64,000 nucleotides of DNA from the NCBI GenBank assembly GCA_964016885.1, contig OZ024746.1, positions 34,658,001 to 34,722,000 of the forward strand. The letters are read 5' to 3'. Source of the DNA: Eledone cirrhosa (taxonomy: Eukaryota). Both the position numbers and the translations under genes were made by a program. Every line of letters begins with the position of its first letter. Within the stretch, counting starts at the first letter, position 1. Shown one piece after another: positions 15,051 through 29,050 of the stretch. The notes beneath the pieces are model-generated. The model did not search any database, had not been told where the DNA came from, and saw only the letters and a program-made list of their open reading frames with translations.

Positions 15051-15742
15051 TTCTATCGACATACTATTTAGCTACCCTGAGAAACGTTAACAATATGTTC
15101 ATAGCACAGGTTTTCTTTTAGAATCGACCGGGATATGGATCCAACTTACTTTTTGCTGTGATAAATTAGGCCTGATAGAAATTTGGGGGAATCTCGGGAA
15201 TGTTTGTAGGTTTGTTTTTATAAAATGATTGATACCTTGCCGGTTTTCGTACTGGGTTTATTCATAGGAACTCGATAACTGTTTTACTGATCTATCCCAT
15301 TTATAAGAAATGCGCATGAATTGTTTACATGTACATTTGATAATTTCATCACGCAATCCCAAACATTATCTGACTAATTAGCAAAGTAATACATGCAGTT
15401 TTATGAACATTACAGTCTTACCATTAGAATATAATATTTTACCATTCGTTAGCTCTGAATCAGACAAATAATACAAGTCTACGTTCCACCTTTAGATTAT
15501 TGAAGTGTATTTGCGTGTGTGTGTTTGTGTGTATATACATATATATGTGAGTCCTTCTGCGTGACTGTGTCTACATGTGCGTGGATGTGTGTGTGCATGT
15601 GTGTGTGTGTGTGTGTGTGTGATAGGAACCGTGCATTTAAAATAATAGGAAACCTTCTCGTATGTGACATGTAATGTGTTACATCACTGTCCATTAATGT
15701 TTAAGTTCCTCCAAATTCTTTGTTGTGGAGTGTTTGATTACG

Positions 15743-15819
<77 letters not shown>

Positions 15820-16605
15820 GTGCGTTTGTGTGTAGGTGTGAGTCTTTGTATATGTGTATTTGTATACGTATGTGTGTGTAAGTGTATGCTTGTGTGTTTT
15901 TGTGTATGAGCTTTGTGCAAATTGATTGTTCTTATCAGGTCTGAATATGTAAAAGATTTATTTAATATGATAGATTCATAAGATACTTAAGCGTTTATTT
16001 GAAAGTGGTTAAACTGTGTAAAATTAACCAATTATGTTGATTCATCGCACAAGCCTTCTTCATCACGTGTATTTTTGGGGAGCAACGCAATAACTTGTAA
16101 ATGAACTTTGTATAACGTCAGTGGTGATCACCTTAGAAGTGAGTATAATGCGGATGCACTGTCATGTATTTGATGTTATGTTGCTCGGCCGCTTTTCTTA
16201 TAGGATGCTTCATATATTTTCAAAAAGGAAAGGAATATGATTATTCAACAACTTTTTATAGAAATATTCACTTCCGTAAGTGACAGTCACATATAAGGAC
16301 TAAGTAACTTATGATAGAGTGCCGCGGTACACGGCGGATAGCGGTTTATAAACACATCGGACCAATGAAACATTTGTTAATACTTGGAATAAATACTACT
16401 GGTAGCCGATCCGTGTTATTCTTCTATCCTTTATTGTTAATACTCCAGGAACCTCTTACGTAGGAATTGTCTGGAATCGGCCACCAGAACACTAAAACAA
16501 AGTAAACATCTTGTTGAGTCTAACAACGCCGAACGTTAGAACTATTCTCGATACAGAGAGCTCTTAACCTCTACGTGGATTGCCTTAAACGATACCTCGT
16601 TAAGT

Positions 16606-16680
<75 letters not shown>

Positions 16681-16773
16681 TGGGGGTATACCGACTGAAA
16701 CGAAAAGACCCACACATTCGTATACACATATGAACACAAACACACACACATACACACAGAAACACACACGCAC

Positions 16774-16815
<42 letters not shown>

Positions 16816-16839
16816 GTATACATACATACCTACACACAT

Positions 16840-16932
<93 letters not shown>

Positions 16933-16959
16933 CTTATACATAAATAGAAATCACAACAG

Positions 16960-17050
16960 ATTTGCCTTTCATCCTTACGAGGTCGAACAAATAAAATACC
17001 AGTAATGCACTGATAAATTGCTGGCCTTGTGCCAAAAGTAGAAACAACAA
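16960..17050 (+). mobile_element. SINE 3' fragment
   Basis: tttgcctttcatccttacgaggtcga...taccagtaatgcactg...ggccttgtgccaaaagtagaaacaa. Confidence 0.85.
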
Positions 17051-17377
17051 TATTGATTATGAAGGGCAGCAACATCATCCCCATCATCATCGTGGATGGC
17101 ATCTTCGTCAACAACGGTTCATAAAAACAAAATGAATTAATATTCTCAACTGGTATCTCATCTCCGCTGCTATTGTCAAGTTGTAGGTATCAAGGTATTA
17201 TATCTTCGGTTTTAAAATTATTCACAGGCTTATAAGTCCTGATTCAAACAATGATTTATCTAACTACAAGCTGTGAGTAGAATACTTTTTCAGCAAATAA
17301 ATGTTGCTCATACCTTGAACACGTTCAAATATGTAAAGAACTTACTGTACCAATGGCATGGCCATTCCCCTCCTATT

Positions 17378-17536
17378 CGTTTTAAAGTACAAATAGAGAC
17401 TATAATATCGGCAGTGTACAAAAATAGCAAGTGTTATTGTAATCAGCAAGATGCTTCGTTTTAAAGTACAAATAGAGACTATAATATCGGCAGTGTACAA
17501 AAATAGCAAGTGTTATTGTAATCAGCAAGATGCTTG
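17378..17536. repeat. ~80 bp exact tandem duplication
   Basis: cgttttaaagtacaaatagagact...aatcagcaagatgctt x2. Confidence 0.9.
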
Positions 17537-17630
17537 TTGCTTCTAGATGTTGATTCATATGAAGTACTAAATGATTCGATGTTGTCAAGTGATTGAGGAT
17601 TTTTCGACACAGTGTATTATATATGCCAAT

Positions 17631-17711
<81 letters not shown>

Positions 17712-19129
17712 AATGTGTGTGTGTGTGAGAGAGTTAGAGATGCATATATAGACACAGATACACAGACATATATTTGCATACACAAAAACACACATATATA
17801 TATATATAATTAGATATATATATATATATATATATATCATATACATACGTGTGTAAATATAATTCTATGCTTACATATGAATTTGATATGTGTTTATTAG
17901 GTAGGCATGTATGCAACCAGAGGTATGTGCATGTGATTATGTGTATACAAGCGTGCATGTTTTTGTATAGAGGTGTGTATGCATTCCAAACTACAATGGC
18001 TGTTACGCTGTTCTGAAATGCCTTTAGAATTCTGAAGCATATTCTGGAGACATGTGTGACATTTATTGTGCTTCTTTTCCATTACTAGATGCCATGTGTA
18101 TCTTGTCACACTAAATGATCACTGCTAAGATTATATTTTCAAGAAACTTCATAATGATGGCTCTCTTGACTGGTTGACATTTTAGAAAAACCTACAGATT
18201 ACGCATCTCTCTATATTGTTGTGGACTGACACATACACACACACGCGCGCGCGCGCGCATGCACATACACACACTTATATATATATATATATATTTATAT
18301 GTATATATACACGCACACATGCAAACACACACATGCACACATACACACGCACACACACACACATATATATATATACATATATATGTATATATAAATATAT
18401 TCATGCATATGTGTATATACACATACATATTACACCAATGTATCCCTACCGACACAGAAACATGCACATTCACCAGCTAATATATTTATACATGCATAGA
18501 TAGATACGTACGTACATTAGTTATACACGTACATACATGCATGCATAAATGTTTATGAAAATGCGGTGTGTATATATGCGTGCATTTATGCCTAAATATA
18601 CGTGTCAGATATTTTTGTCCACATTTGTGAATGTTTGAGTCACTCACTCATTCATAGGAAGTCCTATATATACTAAGTAATTCTACTTGGACATTTTTGA
18701 AAGAGACAGATTACTGGTGTATAGACAGATATACACACACATCGACCCATACCCACACATAGACACATACACACATATACACATATACTCACAACGATTT
18801 CGATGGAAATGTAGTCATAATTCTCATGACATCTACCCATACCTATACATGAATATACAAATAAGCACTTATACGTACATCAATTTTTATGCATCGTCTT
18901 AAACATTTGAAAATGTACGATATAATCATATATAGATTCAAAACACATTATCATATAATCTTTTATTCATTCCTACATCCATCTACATACTGAAGCACAT
19001 GCATATTTACTTAAATATATATTTTCCATTTTTGTTTGTAATCCATTAGAATACCGACCGTACTCTCATGCTAGTTTATGTGAGTTTTAATATTTTGTTT
19101 TGCATTTATAAGTTATTTCTTATGCCTTA

Positions 19130-19183
<54 letters not shown>

Positions 19184-20639
19184 GTGTGATGTGCCTGCTG
19201 CTTTTGCTACAATAGTTGTTTAACAACTGTTGTTAACATATACAGCCGTGAAAATATTTGAGCTCTTCATTATTTGAAACTGCAGTTGTTCATAATCTGA
19301 TATTTTCTTCCTTTATTATAGGGAAGAATATCATTTCGAATGAAATTAGAACAGCTGTTTGTATCAGACCAAGCTATGTTGCATAAGTTCTTACAGTAAT
19401 TTATTTTGAAGTTTTTTGAAGTTTTTCCAATTCCTGCTGATACATATGATGCTATTAACCCTGGTATTTATTATGATGGTGATACTGTTGGCTAACCTTC
19501 GATAGGTCATGAGTTCCATTATAAAATGTGGTTGGGTTATTTGAAAAAGGCACTTTATTTTTTGTTATTTCTGTCTGCCAAGCAGATAAAAAGTATTTTC
19601 TTTAAATATAAGCATCGTGTGGAATGCTCAGGTGTTTACCACTTTAGCGTCATCCGTTGATAACATATGGGCAATTCTCGTCGTTAGAGGCAATTAATGT
19701 TAACAGATTAACGATACGGATGTCAAGTTACGCCCTGACTTTTTCCTATTCCATTGTGAGAATGAATAAGGAAACTTGCCTTCCAACAAATTTGTATATG
19801 ATTTAATCGTCCATGCCACAATAGTACTATTACCTTGCAAGGAAGCCTGTGGCCGCATTATAGATTAAAACTGATTTAATTTATATGTTTACTCTTTTGT
19901 GAGCAATGATATACATTTATAATACATCGTGAACTGATTTTCAAAAAATCCCCTGGGTCTATACATGTAACTGTTCCCAATTATATATGATCTTATGTAT
20001 AAAGAAAACAAGCAAACAAAAACATTCAGAATTCTGTATGATCAGCAAGGTAATTTAGAATGGCATATCACAGACTTGCGTTTTTCTTCCACAAACGTGT
20101 TTTAGATTGACTCAATTTTTTTTATTTCATGATCAGTCAGAACAATAAAAAAAAAAAGGAAACTAAGAATCGCATAAAAACGGAGCTATATATTTACGAT
20201 CAAAATCTACATCACGACAAAAAAGATAAAACACTTTGGTCAGCATGTTTAAAGAAGCGTTAAAAGCATGAATTCTTTCGCAGATATCCAAAGTAGACTT
20301 TAAAAATTGGCATTTAAAGTAATAGACAATAATCCACTCTCTGGAAATTAAGAATTGATACATCTGAAATGTCATGCCCATTGACCAGATACAATATCTT
20401 TGTTTTAATGTTCCAAGCTGACATGAATGTTGCTAGGGTCGATTAAATTGGTGCGTAACTGTATCTATCTTAAGAGGGGACCAGGCAAATTATTTCGATT
20501 AGTAAGTTGATTTCGGTTGACGTGTAAATTTAGACTTCATTCCATTCGACGACTGAAAACAAATAATCTTCTTTCTGAAAGTCATCAACACGATTTAAAG
20601 ATATATGCTATTTATAACATTAGATCTTTATTGAAACTA

Positions 20640-20751
20640 ATAATTGTTTCTACTTTTGGCACAAAGCCAGGAATTATCTCAGGAATTATCTCACTGGTAA
20701 TTTATTTTATCGACCCCGTAAGGATGAAAGGCAAAGTTAACCTCGACGGGA
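20640..20751 (-). mobile_element. SINE 3' fragment
   Basis: Reverse complement of the same SINE core and tail. Confidence 0.8.
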
Positions 20752-22477
20752 TGTACGTTATATTTTGCCTTGTGCTAAATGTAGAAACAATTATTTAAGT
20801 TGCTTCAACGGTCATTCAGAAGAAGACTACAGTAACTGAGATGCATTTGGGAGTTGTGAGCAACGAGTAAGATGTCATAACCCCTCATGTATCTTTTCGG
20901 GCCTCACAATTCTATAGGGAGCTGTTGGAGAGCGAAGTGAGACCTCTGATTGAGCGTGTGAGCAAAGGAAGGCTGTAAATATAACATAAAGAATATGTGT
21001 TTAGACATAAGGCCAAAACATACCGGTAATGGATGAGTTACGATATCAAAGATTGCCTCAGTCCAAACATGTACTAGCACGACAGAGGTGAATCTGCCGA
21101 AATACCACGCGTGTGAAACAGTCATCGGTGATAACGGTGGGCGCATTAGGTAGATGGGTCAAGAAGATTATATGTACTAAATATTTTATTAAAATATATA
21201 TTTTCCGTCATAACTCATGCGTCTTTTACTAAATTCATGCGAATGCCCTCAGATATGTGAGTAGTTCAGTATTATTGTTTCCTATCAATATTTCCAAATT
21301 TATTAACATTTCCATTGAAATCATTCGTTTCTTCCGTATCGAGATTCCTTTCTCAAACATAAACAACTCACTGCAGTCAAGATATTAGAAAGGCTAATAG
21401 TCATGATATTTTCTTTAAACTATGATTGACTCAGTGTGCACATTAAAATAATTAATTTACAAAATGTATTGACGTTCACCTCTGCATATACGTTATAGAG
21501 TTAAATCTACTGTGTTATTAGAATGTGTTATATAATCCAGAATACATAATCCTAAATATGTAATTCTGTGCATTGCACAACTGTAAGTTATCGTTGTCAG
21601 AAAGTAAAACAACATTAAATTTCAGGTAGTTCAGCAACTATTTTAACGACACTCCATTCAATTACTGAAAGATTCATGTATGAAAGAAATAGGCAATTAG
21701 AGATGACCACTCCATATGTGTGTGTTTGTGTGTGACAGCGTATGTGTGTGTGCATATGAGTATTTGTGCGTGTGTGTTTTATATATCTACATATGAATAT
21801 GTATATATGTATACATTCATAAATGCGTACATGCATGCATACATATATACATACATACAACTTAATCATATAACATTACTGTTACATTAAAAATATTTTG
21901 TGCAACAGAAAGTCGTAAGTCTGCTGGATATTCGACAAGATATTTCCAGTAAAGAAGTATTTACTTACATTTTAACAAACATTTTTTTGGACAATCCACA
22001 TCAGAGCTAGTTATGATATATAATATGTAATCAATTGCAGAATATATTCTAAATGCTAGACATGCGTCAAACCTATAGGAATATCAATATTCAGGAGACT
22101 ACACGTAGGAGATGACAATATTATTCTCCCTCGGTTTAGAAAACTAATGCCTGATATTTAATATTTCTTGTTAATGATGCAGCACATCTTCTGAAACTTT
22201 TAAAGTAGAGGTTCGAAAGTTGTTAGGATTATTTCAGAAATATATTGAAATATGGTACTCAATTTCCATTATTTTTTTCTCTGCATACAACACTGTATTT
22301 CAGTGAACTTAATAAGTTTCTCTATAGGTATAACAATATTTATCCTGAGGTATCTCTTCTAAGTATCACTTATCTCTGCACATTTTAATGCTGGCATCTT
22401 GTATCAGATTATTCCAGTCCTACTTATCTTATGAACGTCACACACACACACAGACAACCCCCCCCCCACACACATAC

Positions 22478-22582
<105 letters not shown>

Positions 22583-22665
22583 AACAAAATTAGTTTTCGC
22601 TCTAACATGCTGGATACCTAAATCTATTTGTGAGTGAATAATAGTAATAATATTATAATAATATT

Positions 22666-22840
22666 ATAGCAGTATCGGTAGAAGACCAGACGCCATTCTT
22701 TGACTCATAGAGTTACGGCCCTTGCCATTCTGAGTTCAAATCCCGCCGGGGTTAACTTTGCCTTTCATCCTTACGGGGTCGATAAAATAAAGTACCAGTG
22801 TGTAATTGCTGGCCTTGTGCCAAAAGTAGAAACAATTATT
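22666..22840 (+). mobile_element. tRNA-derived SINE, near full length
   Basis: A-box-like tagcagtatcgg, B box gagttcaaatccc, conserved core gcctttcatccttacggggtcgataaaataaagtacc. Confidence 0.85.
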
Positions 22841-23277
22841 AATATTCGGTTCATTTTTAAGCAAACAACTTCATAGCATCCTCGTAACATCATGTGTGTT
22901 TTCTAGATGACCACGTCATCCTATTTATACCAGCGGTAACAATTAGAAGATAGTGGACAATTGTTTCGGAGTTGTTGCCCCTTTTCAAGACTGTGAATCT
23001 ATTGCCACCAGGACATATCCAGTTCAGGTTAATCATAGCAATATGACTATCAATACACACACACACACACACAAAACACACACACGCATACACGCACACA
23101 CACGCACGCACACACACACACACACATATATGTATATATATAAATATATTTATAAATATACATATATATATGTAATGAATGAGTAAATATGGGATACAAA
23201 TTGAATGATGAATGTATTTACAGATACGCACGCACATACATGCACACATACAAGAACACACATACAAACTCACACAC

Positions 23278-23319
<42 letters not shown>

Positions 23320-23330
23320 TGAGATAGAGA

Positions 23331-23372
<42 letters not shown>

Positions 23373-24222
23373 AAATACGTGAATGAGATAGACTGATTGT
23401 TAGAGAGAGAATGAAATAAGTATACGAGGAAGTGAATATATATGATTGTTTGTGTATATTTGTATGCACGCGTTATTTTATGGAGATGTGTAGGAAACTA
23501 TTGCTTATTTAACTCGTACAGAAGACAGAGCGATTGATGGACAAGTATGGAGATATGTGTGGAGATGAAATTTCTGAGGAAAGCTGAACTAATTAGCTAA
23601 TTAGGAAGTCGGTTTGATTTGGCGGTCTCTCCTTCGTTAGGAATTGACTTAGCTCGATACATAGAGAGGTAGCTCATTAGGCTGATTCTTTAGTTTCAGA
23701 AATATGTTGTTAGGAAGTTACCGATATATGACTCATGTGTATATATAAGGATACAATGCATTCATAATCGTTTTAACATTGTTCAAATTCTCTTCTCATC
23801 TTAAATAGGCCCAACATAATTGTTTCCCAACTAGATACACCTTAAATGAAATCTTTCATTTCACATAACGACTACGATGCATTTATTTGCAGATTTCAAG
23901 ACACATTCGTCAGACTAATTATTCTAATTATCTTAAAAAACCAACTACAATGTGTTTAAAATACATTGTAGAACTTTCTTGGATGGAGCTAAGTGAAAAT
24001 TGAGTTCATTTTCTATGTACCACATTATGATCCTAGTCAATAGATTTGACAGTCAGTCATAAGTAATATTTGGTTTCCGATTTAGTTTAGTCATTAGGTT
24101 TTTATAGTAGAAACTCGATTGTGAATGTATTTTGATATCTGGTTATCACCTGATTTTAATGATGATATATATAATTTTTCTCATTTTCTGTTCTATGCGT
24201 GTATATATGTTACACACACACA

Positions 24223-24298
<76 letters not shown>

Positions 24299-24305
<7 letters not shown>

Positions 24306-24655
24306 AAAAAGGGATGAAATCGAAAATGCAACTGAAGTCTTATTTTTTTAAAAATATATATATTTATTTGGTTCCTTTACCGGTTTCGCAGTTCTTCTGC
24401 TTTTCAAAAGGTGAGTTGAGATGGAGGGTCTGTGGTTTTTCTCACATGTGAGAAAAACCACAGACCCTCCATCTCAACTCACCTTTTGAAAAGCAGAAGA
24501 ACTGCGAAACCGGTAAAGGAACCAAATAAATATATATATTTTTAAAAAAATAAGACTTCAGTTGCATTTTCGATTTCATCCCTTTTTCTTTATACTTCCA
24601 CTCGTGTAGGACACCTCGGTTATTTTTCATTTTGTAAAAAAAACCTCACTTTCTA
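24299..24655 (+). mobile_element. Perfect spacer-less palindrome (148 bp arms, centre 24446/24447) plus 60 bp tail; inverted pLTR pair
   Basis: ...ttttctcaca|tgtgagaaaa...; identical ORF-track peptides on both strands; in (TA)n. Confidence 0.9.
24482..24519 (+). ncRNA. Minimal hammerhead ribozyme with U3:A8 core (mirror copy at 24374-24411)
   Basis: CCTT-TTGAAAA-GCAG aagaa CTGC-GAAA-CCGG-TA-AAGG. Confidence 0.75.
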
Positions 24656-24698
<43 letters not shown>

Positions 24699-24699
24699 T

Positions 24700-26312
24700 A
24701 TTGGTAAAAGGAAAAGAAAATGCTGAGAAATTGTTCCCAGTGAAAAATAATTTAATTAGGAATAAATAAAAATTAGTAATAAGTATTGGTTAGTATTCAG
24801 TTTTATTTTCAATTTTCACCGGTTGCGCATTTCTAATGCGCAACCGGTGAAAATTTTGAGATAGAGCGCCCGTGATGTTTGCCCCAATCTGATCAGTTTT
24901 GGAAATACTACATGTTTTATGTGAAAAAAGTGGCTCCAACTTCATTGATATTCTGCTCAAGACTTTTCTCTAACACAACCAAAGCTATAGAAGGGACGAC
25001 CTAGATATGCTCAATCACCTCCCTAATATGCCCCTTTCTGAACAAACCCTACTAGTGACGTTCGATGTAGTCAACCTATACTCCAACATCCCCCACAACC
25101 TAGGAATAGAAGCTATCCAATTCTGACTGGATAATTACCAGAATGAACACCCACAACGCATCAAAAAAGAATTCGTGATAGAGGGACTCAAATTTAACTT
25201 GTAGAACAATTACTTCGCTTTCAATAACAAATCCTACAGGCAGAAATCTGGGACCGCTATGGGAACAAAACACTTATGCCAACCTAGTCATTGGATACCT
25301 GGAAATCACCCTTTACACTAAAATACTAAATAAATTTGGAAACACTCTCCACTTACACATAGAAAGGAACTGGAAGCGATATCTACATGACCTCTTGATC
25401 CTTTGGCACGAAAACATCGAGAAACTTAAAATATTTCACACCCTTATAAGTGGGCTCAACACGAATATTAACTTTACGATAGAACACAGCCATCAACAAC
25501 TCCCCTTCCTCGACATCCTCATTAAGATTCATAACAAAAAAATAGAAACAGACATATACTACAGGCCACAGACTCCAAGCAATATCTTCTTTTCAACTCT
25601 TGCCACCCTAGACATGTTAAAATTAATATTCCCTACAACTTAGCCAAGAGAATCTGTACTATAGTCTCCAATAAAACACCTGTTACTTACGGCTACAAGA
25701 ACTAACGGACACACTCATAGGCAGGGACTACCCTGCATCACTAATTGACAATGGAATCCAACGTGCCCTAAAACTCAGTACCTAGGACCATAGACACCCT
25801 AAAGTAAATCAACCGAAACTAAAAGCTCTTCCATACATCTCCACACACAACCCCCTCAACAATGAGGCCTTTGACACCATCCTCCAGAACATACCTGTGT
25901 TAAAAAAGGACCATATAATGAACCAATCCTTCGAGCCCACGATATCATAAAGAGCAAAAGACAATCTAAGTCAATGAAAAACATCCTAACACATGCCAAA
26001 GTACAGCCAACCACAACAAGGAAACCCACAGTAAAAAAATGCGATAGACCCAACTGTGGCATATGCATTGACCTAATAGAGGGTTTGGAATTATATTTCA
26101 AAGATGGACAACGTTTTATAGTAAAACACAACTTCACATGCGCATCAGAAAATCTAATATATGTATTAACTTGCTCAGGTTGCCGAGAACAATACATAGG
26201 CTAGACCAAAAATAGCCTCCGCCAACGCATGACTGTCCATAGATCCCAAATTAAAATACGAAAATACAGGAAAATACCACTGAGTCAACACATTGATACC
26301 TGTGCCGCCCAT
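24700..26312 (+). mobile_element. Degenerate Penelope-like element, probably Neptune-type, preceded by an inverted pLTR (24700-24893)
   Basis: FDVVNLYSNIP, QKSGTAMGT, LPFLDILI, TDIYY, KCDRPNCGIC linker, LIYVLTCSGCREQYIG...RQRMTVH; multiple stops and frameshifts. Confidence 0.9.
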
Positions 26313-27767
26313 AATGATATTGATGAATATTATTCCTCAACTTCACCTGATACTCTAAATGAAGCTCTTTCGTTCGCTAAGGCTAATTCCGACCTTACGG
26401 ATGCTGAAATTAAAATTATTATGGAAGCGAGGAAAACTATAGTTAAATTCGATGATAGCTACTGGGTTCGCAAAGATAGACCTTCGAATTTTGATATTAC
26501 TATGGGTTCTAATGATTCGGCGGAAGTAACAGATCTTGTGGGAATTTATATCACCCACAGACTACAAGGAAAATTCAAGGATCTCCACGCTGGAATCTAC
26601 CGTGATGATGCGCTCCTATTAGTTAAGCATATGAATAACCAGAAGTTAGAAAGGATGCGTAAAAATATCAGAAAGCTTTTTAAGGAACTAGGATTAAATA
26701 TTACATTTGAATATAACCTCAAAGAGGTCAATTTCCTTGATGTTACTTTGAATCTCAATACAGATACGATTAAACCGTTCCATAAACTAAATGAGAACCT
26801 TAAATATGTAAATACGAGTTCTAACCATCCACTCTCTATAATTAAATCCATCCCTAGAAATGTTTCTCTTAGAATCTCCCGCCTGTCGTCCAACCAACAA
26901 ACCTTCAAAGAACATGCCGAATATCATGATGATGCACTTAGGAAAGCCGGACACCTAGATAATATAGAGTATATAGTCGAAGATCACCAAAACAGCCAAA
27001 ATAAATCCCATAGGAGTAGAAATAGCACAGAATCACCACCATACACACACTACCGCAATAGACACAATAATAGTCGCACACCACCAAATAGAAGGCGATG
27101 TAAAGAGTATATTTGGTACAACCCGGTCTATAACAACTCTATTAAAACCAATCTACCCTCACAATTCTTTCGATTAGTTAAAACACACTTTCCAACATCA
27201 CATAAATATAATAAAATCTTAAACCCTAACACTATTCGACTTTCATATTCAACCGCCCCTAATATTGAACAACATATAAAAAAGTTGAACGCAAAACGGT
27301 TGTATAAACGCCTTCCAACACATAACAATACACGTAAAACATTAGCTATAACATCACAAAACAACAAACAACATCCTGTCATACCTAAGCAACCTCAACA
27401 ACCCATCCATGACAATACAACAGCGCAAAATTATAATTGTAACTGTGTCCAACCAGGACTGTGTCCGTTGAACAATCAGTGTCTGGAACGCAACATCATA
27501 TACAAATGTACTATCGAATCGGATAGACAGAAGTGGTACTATGTGGGATCTACAGCCACCTCCTTCAAATCACGCCTTTATAGACATCGTTACTCGATAA
27601 AACATGAAAACCAGCGTTATGTAACAAAACTCGCAGACAAGGCTTGGCTGCTGCGTGAAAATAACCAACAATTTCACCTAAAATGGGATATAATAGCGCT
27701 GCACACCCATAATCCCACGGTCACGGATTTTGTAGATTATGTAATATGGAATTATTTTGTATTATGA
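26229..27767 (+). CDS. 512 aa chimeric PLE reverse transcriptase/GIY-YIG ORF, probably non-functional
   Basis: Longest ORF in the window; first ~29 aa belong to the upstream element, RT N-terminus missing, C-terminus frameshifted. Confidence 0.75.
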   Translation: MTVHRSQIKIRKYRKIPLSQHIDTCAAHNDIDEYYSSTSPDTLNEALSFAKANSDLTDAEIKIIMEARKTIVKFDDSYWVRKDRPSNFDITMGSNDSAEVTDLVGIYITHRLQGKFKDLHAGIYRDDALLLVKHMNNQKLERMRKNIRKLFKELGLNITFEYNLKEVNFLDVTLNLNTDTIKPFHKLNENLKYVNTSSNHPLSIIKSIPRNVSLRISRLSSNQQTFKEHAEYHDDALRKAGHLDNIEYIVEDHQNSQNKSHRSRNSTESPPYTHYRNRHNNSRTPPNRRRCKEYIWYNPVYNNSIKTNLPSQFFRLVKTHFPTSHKYNKILNPNTIRLSYSTAPNIEQHIKKLNAKRLYKRLPTHNNTRKTLAITSQNNKQHPVIPKQPQQPIHDNTTAQNYNCNCVQPGLCPLNNQCLERNIIYKCTIESDRQKWYYVGSTATSFKSRLYRHRYSIKHENQRYVTKLADKAWLLRENNQQFHLKWDIIALHTHNPTVTDFVDYVIWNYFVL

Positions 27768-28500
27768 AATCCAAACACATTTTATTAAATAACAGAATAT
27801 AGCGATCGTTATTCTGTAACCATCGCTTAAAATCTACATTTTCATATTCTAAATACTACCAGGATTGAACGCCTGTCTCTATCTCCGTTTGATTGTCAAA
27901 ATAGATATTAACATTCTCTATTAGTCTTAATTCTATCAACTCTTCTATTATTTACCATTTAATATAAACTGCTATAGATAAAATGAGATTTCTGATTTCT
28001 TAATTCAATTCCCTAATGCATATACCAGCTGGCTACTAGCATTGATGTTATTCAGTAGCAATCGAAATCTCCCTCTTCCCCAATTGACACTTTATAATTA
28101 ATACTACTACACCAAATGACCAGCCCTGTTCACTGTCCAATTGGTCAAGTATAGATTAAAATTGGCACTCCCAAAAATTATTATTTAGATAAAATAAACC
28201 ATTTACTCATGGTATTCTCATTAGAAACCCTTTATATACTTGTTTAGCAGTAAATTGAATTACCATCTGTCATATACTATCCCCTCTCTTCTACCTCTAT
28301 TACTAATATGAATACTTCAATTTTTCTGATTTTATCCAACTTATCCAAAATCTCTGAAGAAGTGACAACTGATTATACATTTGCTATCGAATACTTGCTA
28401 ACATTATATGATTACGCAAGCAGCGATACATAGGTATTCCGTCTGTTACAGAAACATATGTCAATACCTAATAAATTCCTTTTTTAAAAAAAGCACTTTC
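26312..28500 (+). mobile_element. 5'-truncated Penelope-like element (RT plus GIY-YIG, probably Nematis-type) with 3' UTR/pLTR
   Basis: FDITMGSNDSAEV, GIYRDDAL, FLDVTLNL, WYNP, CNCVQPGLCPLNNQC, IIYKC, YVGSTATSFKSRLYRH; frameshifted CRLCNME...LLNNR...CNH terminus; ends at (TA)n. Confidence 0.93.
28354..28470 (+). ncRNA. Atypical hammerhead-like motif in the PLE 3' pLTR
   Basis: CTGAAGA, ~90 nt insert closed by GTGACA/TGTTAC, GAAA-CATATG-TC; stem I does not pair canonically; conserved in the copy at 63675-63791. Confidence 0.45.
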
Positions 28501-28516
28501 ATTTTATATTAATCTT

Positions 28517-28583
<67 letters not shown>

Positions 28584-28603
<20 letters not shown>

Positions 28604-29013
28604 CATGTGTACATGTGTGTGTATGTGTATATTTGTGTGAGTGTGTATGTGCATTTTGCTAGGAATCAGGTAGTGGCCAACGACCACAGTCAGAAACGAT
28701 GACGTATTTGTCGCCAGATTCCCACCTTTTGCTTCTGTTGGAATGTGCTAGATGGTTCAACGTGGTCAGTTTCCAAATTTATAGCTGAAGGCTTTCAATA
28801 TGTTTATTCGTAAACGCACCGCATATCGCTAGATATAAAACCATGCATACTTATATGTATATAATATTGCCAGAGCTAACACCTTAACTTTATGTTCCCT
28901 CCGAGCAGGCCGATATCCCTATATGCAAATGAAGCTAATTTGGAACACCAATACTAATTATATATATATATATATATATATATGTTCGTGTGTGTGTGTG
29001 TGTGTGTGTGTGC

Positions 29014-29050
<37 letters not shown>

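Noticed and set aside
19400-21150. Coding-like decayed DNA transposon sequence
   Set aside because: No convincing catalytic motif recoverable by eye in any frame
25974-27767. Naiad-like PLE with N-terminal GIY-YIG, or a selenoprotein PLE
   Set aside because: The upstream endonuclease belongs to a separate element with its own RT; the interruption after YIG is TAG, and no conserved in-frame TGA or SECIS was identified
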